A DNA stretch of 63,966 nucleotides, the filler included, from Perkinsus chesapeaki ATCC PRA-425 (taxonomy: Eukaryota > Protista > Perkinsozoa): the NCBI GenBank assembly GCA_013115145.1. It is 7 parts of 7 records of this genome, joined end to end, with 100 filler letters (N's around TTAATTAATTAA, not from the genome) between each part and the next. Parts side by side here need not be neighbours in the genome. Positions count along the whole stretch, not along the records: positions 43,351 to 55,816 come from JAAPAO010000812.1; positions 55,917 to 57,878 come from JAAPAO010001717.1; positions 57,979 to 59,715 come from JAAPAO010001804.1; positions 59,816 to 62,799 come from JAAPAO010001485.1; 3 more parts are not named here. One strand, given 5' to 3'. Below, in pieces: positions 49,201 through 60,419 of the stretch; the stretch's first letter is position 1; each line of letters begins with the position of its first letter. The position numbers and the translations under genes are program-made. The notes under the pieces are model-generated. The model ran no database searches. It saw only the letters and a list, made by a program, of their open reading frames with translations, and was not told the origin of the DNA.

Positions 49201-50340
49201 CCACTACCACTATTACCAGTAGCCCACCATCCACCACCACCACCTTTACCACCACCTTTACCATAATAATAGTAATGATGATGTTGTCCAGTACTAGGAT
49301 GAGGTAATGGTGGTTTATTATTATAGTAATAGCTGGTAGGATGATGATGACCCCATCCAGATGATGATGACCGTATACCTATATGATAATAATAAATGAC
49401 CTATAAATACATTTATTACCTTCATGTTGTTGTTGAGACCGTGATGCTGCTGATGTTGCTGTTGTTGGTCCTCCATACAAAGCCCCTCCTCCTCCTACTC
49501 CATGTGGTCCTAAACCACCTTCAACCGCTCTCTTAACATCAATAATCTTATCCATTATTAAATGTGGTTCAGTGTTATCCAAACATTTCTAAATCCATAA
49601 TATCATTTCTATTAAGACTATTACTATTACCTTCATATCTTCAGCTTTATCAAATGTTATAAAACCAAAACCTCTAGATCTACCAGTGAACTTATCAACC
49701 ATAACAATAGCATCTTCAATGAGTCCAAATTTTGAGAAGTATTCTTCTACTTGCTCCTTATCACAATTGGGCGGTAGGCCACCCAAGAATAACTAATAAT
49801 CAAATAATAACATATAACAATATCAACATAATAAGTATATTATAATTACCTTTTTCTCCTCCAACTTAGGAGTATCATCATAATACCGACCTTTCCCTCC
49901 TTCATACCATCCACGACAACGACGCTGCTGCTGCTGCTGTTGTTGTTGAGTTGTTGTTGATGATGATGACGATAAATCAATAGACATAGTCGTGTTATCA
50001 ACTTTAGCATCATCCTCATCATTAGCTGTGTCATTAGCAGCACCTTCTTCTATGATATCTTCATGTTCACCCATGCTAGATACATATAAGGTTGGTGGTG
50101 ATGTAGGTGGTGTTGGTGATGACCATGTATTACGTCTAGGCCGTGGTCTAATACCTGCCGTTGTTGACGTTAAAACGGTTGTAGTAGTAGTATCGTTATG
50201 CTGCAGCTGTCCCTCCGCATCCTCATCGTCTGATGATGATGATGTTGATGATGATGATGTTGAAGCATGTGGTGGTGCTGCCAACATTATCAAGTATTTG
50301 AGGTAGTACAAGAAACAGTATGGTAGACCACTAAGAACAA
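46262..50340 (-). CDS. Multi-RRM RNA-binding protein, copy B (3 RRMs, long low-complexity tail, C-terminal R-x-x-PY)
   Basis: GGLPPNCDKEQVEEYFSKFGLIEDAIVMVDKFTGRSRGFGFITF; DPSKVFIGGLP...YGDVIECNVMFDRDTGRNRGFAYATF; NPCKIFLGGLPQ...YGKVIDVTVMYDRDTGRHRGFAYATF. The protein ends YRSGPY*. The 5' end is uncertain. Confidence 0.85.
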
Positions 50341-50377
50341 CAACAATAATAATAATACTATAATAATAATAAAACTT

Positions 50378-50703
50378 AACAACAACTATTTATCATAAGA
50401 AACTACTTGGTAATTATTATGGCAGCAATGGATCGCCGTAATAATAATGTAATAAATAGGGTACTAGGCAAAGCCTACTACTACAACAACAACTATTTAT
50501 CATAAGAAACTACTTGGTAATTATTATGGCAGCAATGGATCGCCGTAATAATAATGTAATAAATACGGTACANNNNNNNNNNNNNNNNNNNNNNNNNNNN
50601 NNNNNNNNNNNNNNNNNNNNNNNNNNNNNNNNNNNNNNNNNNNNNNNNNNNNNNNNNNNNNNNNAGGGTACTAGGCAAAGCCTACTACTACAACAACAAC
50701 TAT
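50378..50703. repeat. About 107-bp tandem repeat around the gap at 50573-50664
   Basis: ACAACTATTTATCATAAGAAACTACTTGGTAATTATTATGGCAGCAATGGATCGCCG occurs twice, with a partial third copy after the gap. Confidence 0.8.
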
Positions 50704-51190
50704 TTAGAATATATCCCTATTATTAGCAAGGGGAAAACAACTAAAGTATTATATTTAATTAGTAATAATAATAAAAGGACGACAGCGGCAGTGGCGGCAG
50801 TGGCGGCGGGGGCGTTATTAATATATTATGGATGGTGGTATTATGGAGTATTATTCAACTTCAAGTTGCCAACAAGTAGAAGAAACCACCTAAGATGAAT
50901 AATAATATTAATAATTATATCTTATCATCATATACTAACCTAAGATAAACACGTATAATAATACATATCCATTATCTACTATATAATATATAGTAATATA
51001 AACAACAACCAAAAGTAGTCTTAATACTCATCATGTTCACTTCGTTAACGTTCTTCTTCTTCTTCTTGTCGATGGTGGTAATGATGATGACGATGAGTGC
51101 ATATAATAATATATAACTTAACGTTACTATATTGTATCTTTAACCAACATCCTTAATCTCCCATTAGCATCAACATTAGCATTCATACTC

Positions 51191-51390
51191 TATATAATAA
51201 TAATACTATAAACTCTACTCTATTATACTAATATCTATATAATAATAATACTATAAACTCTACTCTATTATACTAATATCTAGATAATAATAATACTATA
51301 AACTCTACTCTATTATACTAATATCTATATAATAATAATACTATAAACTCTACTCTATTATACTAATATCTATATAATAATAATACTATA
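51191..51390. repeat. 45-bp AT-rich minisatellite, about 4.4 copies
   Basis: TATATAATAATAATACTATAAACTCTACTCTATTATACTAATATC at 51191, 51236, 51281 and 51326. Confidence 0.92.
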
Positions 51391-51495
51391 TATTAATAAT
51401 AAGCGGCAGTTTTCAGCTTATATCAACAACAACAAGGGGAAGAAGCTTTAATATATATTATATGATAACGTTGTATATATAACCCGTGCTACTTA

Positions 51496-54400
51496 CTAAT
51501 AAGGAGCAGCTCTGCTGCTGCTGGCCCCATTATGTTGTAAATGCTGCTGCTGGCTGCCCTGCCTAATAGGAGGAGGAGCAGCAGCAGCAGCAGGAAGAGG
51601 AAGGGGGCATTGCTGCTGCTGTTGTTGTTGTCGATAGAGATGTTGATTATACTGCATAAATGTTGTTGCTGTTGTTGATGGTATATAACCCATTTGTTGT
51701 TGTTGTTGTTGTTGTTGATATAATGTATTGTTATTATTAGGTATAACGGAGGTATCAGGCAGTGGTATTACTTGATTAGTAGTAGTAGTACTGATTAACC
51801 CACCACTTCCTGTTGTATTACTGCTGCTGCCCCCTCCTCCTCCTCCTTTACCCCCTATCATATATCCCCCACCATATGGCGGTATTATTGTTGATGATGA
51901 TGGTGCTAGTGGTAGTTGTGTTGGTATAGTATTATATATCCTTCCTCTTCCTCCTCCATCTCGTCCTGGTATTGGTGGTGGTATCGGTAATGCAGCAGTA
52001 TTACCACCACCCTGGGGCAGTAGGGGTAAATAAGGGTTATTCCTACTAAAGTATAATGTAATAATAAGGTTATAATACTTAACCACTTACTGCATTATAT
52101 TATTAGACGGCAGAGGTATACCCCCCACCCCTGACGACATCATCATCCCTCCTCCTCCTCTATACATCGCCCCTCCTCCTCCTCCTCCTTGTTGTTGTTG
52201 TGGTAGGGTCGCCTTATAACCTTGTCGTGCATATGGAGATGTACTAAGATATTTGTCTTGTATCATCATTGTATTCCTATACAATCCTAAAGGTATACTA
52301 TTCATACCACTACCACGTGGGAGTGGTGGTGGAGGGCGGCGACGAGCAGCAGCAGCAGCAGCAGGCATTGATAATGATGATGCTCCTCCTCCTTGTAGTT
52401 GCCCTTGTTGTTGTAGTTGGGTATCGTCATTTAAGGCACAAAATGGTTTAATTTGTACCTGATGTTTATTGATGATGATTATGATGATACTGATATATTA
52501 TTATTACTACCCATTTAGCATCAATATAATTCTTGTTTCCTCCTTTACATGCAGCTTGCGCTTCCATTGGTGTTGACATTACTGCATAACCAAATCCTTT
52601 ATGCCCTCCATATCCAGCTCCCCCACTATCTCTGTGCTGCTGCTGTTGTAGTGGTGGGGCTTTATCATGATATATTCTCACATCAACTACTTTACCATAT
52701 TGGGATAAGTGGCTTCTAATACGTTCTAAATGATGATGATGACTACAATGATGATATACTCCTTATATTACTATTATTATTATTACCTTCATTAACCGAT
52801 TGTGCAATACCCCCTAAGAATACTTTACATGGATTACTATTATCTGATGATATATTAGACCTAATAATTAAACTAACAATATCATTATTATGTAACATTA
52901 TTATAATTATCATCACCACCTCATCCTATCATCATGATGATAATGATGGCTACTCCCAGTTTGGTGTTGCCCCGAGAATCCACAATTATTACTCTTATCA
53001 TTACCACCACCACCACCTTTATCAATTAACCGCATTAATGGTTTAATTTCAACCTATATTAAACAACAACCCTTATGTATGTTATCTGGGGGAGAGGGGC
53101 GGCATTGGTCATTATTATTACACTACGACCATCCAGTATTGTATTATTATCCCCTACTCCTGCTCCTTCTGCTGCTAATCCACCTTGCATTATTGCCAAT
53201 TGTGCTTCCTCTACCTTCGAGAATGTAGCCCTACCAAACCCTCTACTTCTACCACTATTCTTATCATACATAATATCACAATCAATTACATTACCATAAT
53301 GTGATAACATATTAATAAGTCGATCTAAATGATGATGTTAAGCATACTAGTAATACTTAACATAATATATTACCCTTATCAACGCTCATAGGTATACCAC
53401 CAATAAATACTTTCCTAGGGTCATCAGGTGTTTGGTTATTATTACCATCTAACAAGTATTACCATATAATATCCTACTATATTTATAATATACTACTACT
53501 CTCCATATGTGGTGTATATTCCCCTCTATTATATGATTTTCTATCCCTTCCTAAATATGATGTCCTTGTAGTAGTTGATGATGAGGTCCTTAATTCCGTT
53601 CCTCTTGGTGTTATTGGTATTTTATTGATATCATCTTCATTATCCTTTTTTTTACCATCAGCTGCCCTTTTAACATCAATAACCTTTCCCATGATAACAT
53701 GTGGTACATTAGCCACACAAGTCTAAATAACAACAACAACCCCTACCTTGAACATACCTCTCATTATTAAAACTAATAATACTACCTCCATATCTTCTGG
53801 TTTAATAAATGTAATGAATCCATAACCTTTAGATCTTCCTGTTATTTTATCCATTAATATTATTGAATCTTCAATAGGCCCAAATTGTGAGAAATATGCT
53901 TCCATATAATCTTTATTTATATTATTAGGTAAACCTCCCAAAAATATCTAATATAATAATTATAATAATCCACCACCCGACCAATAGTATATAATAATAT
54001 ACCATTATTATTACTACTACCTTCCTATCTTCAGCATGACCAGGTGCCAAACTATCCCCTTCTTCTTGTGCTTGTGCTTGTGGTGTTGGCGATATGGATG
54101 GTATTGATGATGACATTGTATGGTTAATAAGACTAATATAAGGCAACCACATTCATACTTAATTATTAACAAAGATTAAAGATACCTCCGATGAAAAAGA
54201 GGTCGATAACACCTTGACGACAATAAGTACGTCATTGGGTATATAAAAAGATATTGAGATGATATAGACTACCACTACTACTGCCTCTAGTTTTATACAT
54301 CAATGATCAAAAGAATTAAATGACATTATTCACTCACTGCATATGTTATTACAGTGAATTCATTCCTAAGTGAATCAATCCCTTGAGGGGATATACTAAT

Positions 54401-55790
54401 GAGTATTATATATTATTGTAGGATAACTACCGAAACCTCCACCACCACTACCGGTAACATTAAATAGGATCAATGGCATCTGCTGCTGCCGTTGCCCCTG
54501 CACTTTCTCCTGCTCCTGATGCTGGTGGAGGTGGAGGTGGTGGGGGTTAATGATATTGCAAGGTAGTGTTGTTGATGACATGTCGAAGGGAGCTATAGTA
54601 TAATGGATCATAGGAGAATACGCTTGATAAAATCTATATATGACGAGTATATTGTATTTAAACTATTATTACTACTACCTCAATGGTGAAGAATGTTCAT
54701 TAGTTGGCATTGTTAAGTATTGATAATTATTAGGTGGCATATTACATAGCTTAACATCAACCTATAATAACAGTTATGTAGTAATAATAATATTATATTA
54801 ATTATTACCCATTTTCCATTTATAATATTATGATCTGAATGAAGTAGTGCTGATATAGCATGATCGATAGACTTATAAATTATGAAAGCGAAGCCTCTAG
54901 ATTTACCTGTCTTCTTATTAATACTAAGTAATAATATTATAATATACATTAACCGTCATCATCATACTCACATTATCATACTTTTCTGAATAGGACCATA
55001 ACGCGAAAAGAATCCCTCTAGTTGACCTGTAACTAATAATAACAACATTAATATATATTATTATTATACGTACGTTTATTAATATCACGTGGTAAACCCC
55101 CAACAAATATTTTATTAATATGACGGGAACTGTTATAAAATCCATCATAATCTACTAAGACGATGACCACGACAACAATAACAACATCATTACTATTGAC
55201 CCTTACTTTTCGATATTTGTTGTTGAGGAGGAGGAGGAGGAGGTGGTGGTGCAGTAATACTACTTGGACAATTATCAATTGAAGATTGTTTATTAGGTTG
55301 CTTATCGATATCTTCAACATGCTGCCTATCAATTTTATTATATCTAATATTGAGATACTATATATTTTATATGATAAAATATATACTTATGATCATCTCT
55401 ATTCCAAATTATCGAGGTAATACATCTACTTGCTATTAAACCATTATATTCATTAATAGTATGTGGATTGCCTCTAATACACGCCTATTATATATTATTA
55501 TAAGTATATCATATATAATTACTACTACTACTACCTCGCGTCCTTTCTTGCTACCGTAACTTATACAAGCAATAACCTTATCATCTCCATTCTTTATAAT
55601 TGATAAATTTGATAACTTTCCAAAATTACAAAAATAGGTTCTTAAATCAGACTCAGCTATAGATGAAGGTAAAGCATCTACATAAACCTACATACAACTT
55701 ATTATACAATATTATACCCATATTACTACCATTTTAGATGAATCAATTGTAGGGCATATGAAGATAATGTCACTGTATATTTTACATCGC
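51496..55790 (-). CDS. Multi-RRM RNA-binding protein, copy A (5 RRMs, Q/G/P-rich tail, C-terminal R-x-x-PY)
   Basis: VYVDALPSSIAESDLRTYFCNFG; KIFVGGLPRD...KTGKSRGFAFI; GGLPNNINKDYMEAYFSQFGPIED...GRSKGYGFITF; DPRKVFIGGIP...GRSRGFGRATF; NPCKVFLGGIAQ...HKGFGYAVM. The protein ends SSRAAPY*. The 5' end is near the contig end and uncertain. Confidence 0.85.
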
Positions 55791-55816
55791 TCCGCCCCTC
55801 TAGGAGAAACGGCCCG

Positions 55817-55916
55817 NNNNNNNNNNNNNNNNNNNNNNNNNNNNNNNNNNNNNNNNNNNNTTAATTAATTAANNNNNNNNNNNNNNNNNNNNNNNNNNNN
55901 NNNNNNNNNNNNNNNN
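55817..55916. other. Artificial contig linker
   Basis: TTAATTAATTAA at 55861-55872. Confidence 0.99.
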
Positions 55917-56389
55917 AAACGCCGAACGCCTGCTCGCAGAAGAGTCTCTTCGAAGAGTGACACAAATTAAAGGTTATTAGGTTTTTTCGGGTTTCATATC
56001 TCTTGATCATCTGTCGGCTCGTTGTCCGGTGCGTCTGATTCAACAAGTGCACCGTTTAGTACAGATATTGAGGTTTCCGCGGTAGCTGTCATTTGTAATA
56101 GTGGTAATATGCGGATAATAGGCCATTGGTAAATGTGCATAATATTGGTCGATAGTCTTCTAGAGCTAGTAATTCCATCCCGTTTCTTCCATTGTGATTG
56201 CGACAGCTGGTGTTCTTTGAGACCTCGTCTGTGCACCCAGACTGTCTGGGTCAGACACCACATACGTTACACAGTCTAACTTACACTCGATGTGGTTCTG
56301 ACTGCGTTGCAGTTTAATGGCACATGACTTCATAATATGAATATGAATATAATATGAAGTTCATATGTCTCGCAATGTTATTTTTTGAC

Positions 56390-57878
56390 TTAGGTCTGGA
56401 GCAGATAGGACATAACGTCTGCGTCATCGTAAAAAGACAAGCGCTCTATGAGCGACGTTTTGCGTCTACTTCCTATTTTAAGGCTACTATCTAATGCACG
56501 GAGTGTAGGGTTTCTGCCCTGATTCGCGCATGTGAACCCTTCCGCAAAGAATAGGTCCGATACAAGTCTTCCAAGCCTGATAGACGTTGAGTTTTTACAA
56601 GTGTGATGAAATGGGTTCCAAAGAGGACTTGACCCATTACTATCACCACCAGCTACTATAGAGCAGTTTTCCCTTACATTACAGAGGGGTTGTAGAACAG
56701 AATTTGGGTCACTGTCCATATTCATATAAAATGCCGCGATGACGATACTATCCATAAACTGCACTACTGTCAGATTCTTACTACTACTACGCACAGATAT
56801 GTTTTGTAAATGTCTATTTTCTACAAGTATGCACGAGCTATATCTATCCGAGTCTCTAATCACTAGGTATCCCTCTACAATGATTTCACGTGGAGGTTCA
56901 GAAATGAGAATGAAGTCAGGCTTAAATTCTACGGTTGCTAACAAACTTATAAAGATAGACTGTGATTTACGACAATTAAGTTGTAAGAATTTTAACAACA
57001 TAGCTGGTCGAAAATGCTACCTCTATACGGGACTGGACTATCACCGTAATCTGTCATTGCTAGTTTTGCGCGCAAATGCTTAAGGTTGACATCACACAGC
57101 TCACCAAACAACGCATTGTGTCCTCGATTCTTACATAAGGAGCAAGTACTAGCAGCTAAATCTATACGAGTGCCTCTTTTTGGACACTTCCCCATCTGAT
57201 GTTGTCCGCCACATAAGCAACACGAGGCAAGCTCAAGGTTATTTCTAGCCGCACAAGCCTTATTTTTAGAGTGACACTGGCCACAATCGTAGCATACCTT
57301 CAAATCTATGTGATCCTTGACTTTCAGCTTCATATTCCGAACATACAGTCCATTTTGGACCATACAAGATCTGTCCTTGGCTGGTACTCGTATGACAAAG
57401 GCTTTTTGTGTGGTTCTAGTAAAAATCCATTCTTCCACATTGAGATTATCTTGGAAGAATTTCGCTTGGGTTTTCAATTCTTCCTTTTCTCCCGCGAAAT
57501 CTTCTTTGAAAATGATTATTTCAGGGTCTAAGCGTGACTGTAACCTAATTTCAGCACCATCAATACCTTCGAGTTTTTCAATTGCAGACTCTGTATCAGA
57601 ATCAATCCAGGGAGCTTTGACGATTATGTTCTCACTTCTTTAGAGAACTCTATTTACCTTATACTTATCGGGTTTGCAATCCACACAGTTCTTGAGATCA
57701 CTTATCTTTTGCTCCCTTTGTGCAACGTCTTGCACTGGAGTTTTCAGTTTTATCACGACTGTTTTAACGTCCTTTGTTCTGGACGGAGTAAGCAACCCAT
57801 TTCTTGGGAGCATTTTGGTTGTTTGGGCTGTCCCCAGGACATCCCTATAAGTCCTTCGGGGTTCGAATTTAGATAAAT
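56390..57878 (-). mobile_element. Non-LTR retrotransposon (LINE, R1/I/Jockey-like) 5' fragment: gag-like ORF1 plus APE endonuclease of ORF2
   Basis: ORF1 (57878-56992) has three Cys/His knuckles (CYDCGQCH, CCLCGGQH, CSLCKNRGH) and one in-frame TAA at 57640-57642. ORF2 (57001-56390) has APE motifs FLQLNC, PDFILISEP, GGDSNG, SPLW and NPT. The ORFs overlap by 10 nt. No RT is present. Confidence 0.9.
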
Positions 57879-57978
57879 NNNNNNNNNNNNNNNNNNNNNN
57901 NNNNNNNNNNNNNNNNNNNNNNTTAATTAATTAANNNNNNNNNNNNNNNNNNNNNNNNNNNNNNNNNNNNNNNNNNNN
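57879..57978. other. Artificial contig linker
   Basis: TTAATTAATTAA at 57923-57934. Confidence 0.99.
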
Positions 57979-59173
57979 AAGTCACCCGAAGCAAAAGGGT
58001 TAGAATGCATGTCACCTTTAACCATTATACAAGTTAGTCAGGTCATCCGATAATAATTCAGGAAACAATAGTCCGTCACCATCGAGGTAAAATATTATCT
58101 AGTATTCCATTATACCGAATTCATGACAAAGTATCAGCTCATCAAAGGGGCAGTCATCAGAGCATCAAGGACCAGTCGGCGAGGAAGCGAATGGGACAGG
58201 CGGAACTAAAACTCATACCATTAAACCCACAAACATGGAGCAAGTCGAGCTGAAAGACGCTCCACTGGGGAAAAGTTACGAGCATGGAAGTGAGAATTCG
58301 ATATAGCGTTTCAAAACTGGCAAATCTTCTTCCCGAACAACTTTCCCGTGGTCTAAAACAGCCAAACATCCAGCGGTACTTATTACCCTCTATTTTTCAA
58401 TCAATGTCACCATTCTATATAAATACCGTCATGCATCATTAGACGCGTTATGTAGGTCATCAATCACCATCGGTAGCCCGCGGAGGTGATGAGAAAACAG
58501 ATTCCGATCAGCAGGTCAATGAGTAAGCAGATATCCGCTCTCCGCATCTCGTTCTTGGTAGTGTTATTCCGATATTGTTCATTATTTCTTTCATCCTTAT
58601 TAGCACCGATGAATTTGAGATGATAGAAGAACCAGCTTCTGAACAAGATGGCTCGACCGATGGTGAGTTGCAGGATTGAGTGCTCGGAAACGGTCATGTC
58701 TCATGTCGGCTAGCATACTACCGGTGTTTAGGCCTTGAAAAATACAAGAAAGCACAACAGTCTTTGAGGAACAGGTTTGCTGGATGGCGTAGAGCGAAGG
58801 AGTCTAGGTAAAGCCTCGATAGGTGTGAAGTAGAGTCTTTGGTTCAGAAAGAGAGGATCGACCGATGAAGAGTTCGATGGTGAATTTGAATCCATTCCGG
58901 CTCCACTGGGATCTGTCCATGGCCTTGCCGACTAGTATTTTTATCGTAATTTCAAGTTGTGTCTAAGATGTGGTTATTTACATGTTTATCGGTGTACATG
59001 TTGTTTATCTGGTCAAAATTATTGTTGTTTATGCAGCGTCATGGATGGGATAGTAGTGGTGTGATCTATGCGCAAAACATATGTACAAGCATGGCAAAGC
59101 ATATCATTCGACTTTTATTATTGGCCCAGCTACCTCCGAATTCCTTCGTATACAGAGTTTGGCAATTATTGTT

Positions 59174-59715
59174 ATGTCAATGGCCCTGAAGAAGATGAGC
59201 CTGTTGCTCGTTACGTGCCTCCTCGTGTCTTATAAGGTTGTTAGCGAGTATCCCTATAAATATTACTGTCACTTCGATGAATACCTGCAGTCAGTTTGCC
59301 TTAAAAAACTGCAGAGGCAAGTCATTAACACCATATCTCGTCATACAGTTTTTGCCTATGAAGACAATCCCCGAGTCCCACTGTACGAGAGCAGAAGTTA
59401 TGCTGCTAGCTCGAGTTCGCCTGCTGGGTTGGGCATTCCTTCGTTTTCCAAGGGTAAATGGTCATACCTTAATACCGATTGCTTCCCTTGGCCAGTTGAG
59501 TTGCCGGTGCGGTACTCAAAAGTAGACGGCAAGCATGGTAAGCCTGGGTATTATGATATCAACTTCACAATGGACGCTAATATGCCACGGAGATTTAATC
59601 ATCTTATACCTGTTAAAGTCTCCGCTATTCCACTAAGTGATACCCATTCTGTGGCAGTATTCAAGACTAACCTTCCGACACGATGGACGGCTACTCTCTC
59701 TCTTGGTCATTCTTC
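59174..59715 (+). CDS. Hypothetical secreted protein, intronless in the visible part, 3'-truncated
   Basis: Open frame to the contig end, with signal-like M(ALKKM)SLLLVTCLLVSYKVVSE. Confidence 0.6.
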
Positions 59716-59815
59716 NNNNNNNNNNNNNNNNNNNNNNNNNNNNNNNNNNNNNNNNNNNNTTAATTAATTAANNNNNNNNNNNNNNNNNNNNNNNNNNNNN
59801 NNNNNNNNNNNNNNN
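59716..59815. other. Artificial contig linker
   Basis: TTAATTAATTAA at 59760-59771. Confidence 0.99.
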
Positions 59816-60057
59816 ACGAGTCGAGCGGAAGTGGAGGGATCATCATCGCGATTGTCTTGGTTGTTATCATTGTTGCCATTGCATGCTATTTAATGTGGGA
59901 GATGTTCCTGCTTTGTTACTTTTCTATTGGATCATGCTCTTTCAGGTGGCGTTTCTACAAGCATCGTAGCTTCTCCTTGTCTGCTCTCCGTTTGCCTACT
60001 TTATCGAAGCCTAGTAAACTCGCAGACCAAGAGCTATCCGAGAGTTCTGCTCCATGA
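59816..60057 (+). CDS. 3' end of a single-pass membrane protein
   Basis: TM helix GGIIIAIVLVVIIVAIACYLMW followed by a short tail and a stop at 60057. Confidence 0.55.
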
Positions 60058-60419
60058 TATAACCAGATGAGGTGTGTCGCCCAATGTAACTCTTTAACAT
60101 TATTATTGGGCATTATATAATAACATGCATTACTTTACCATGTCAACCTGTGTCTGTTATATTCATGCTTGAATCTACCCCAAACTCAGTCATACTGAGT
60201 AAGTAAGTTGATTGCCTCTTAAGTATAAAGTACTCTTCATTACTTCCGAACACCAATGTTTTGAGTTTTACAGTTCACTCGCGAGGCGACTCTGCAACGT
60301 TGAAGGATCTCGGCACTTGAAATCCCGGAAATCCTTAAAGATTCGAAAATACACTGTGAGCTGATTTTTCCGATCGACAACCTGTGAAACATACTCAGTA
60401 TCTGCTCACATACGATAAC

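Noticed and set aside
43295-55332. Many poly-V, poly-I, poly-L or poly-N ORFs in the ORF track
   Set aside because: They are off-frame, antisense or intronic read-throughs of triplet-repeat DNA around the RRM genes.
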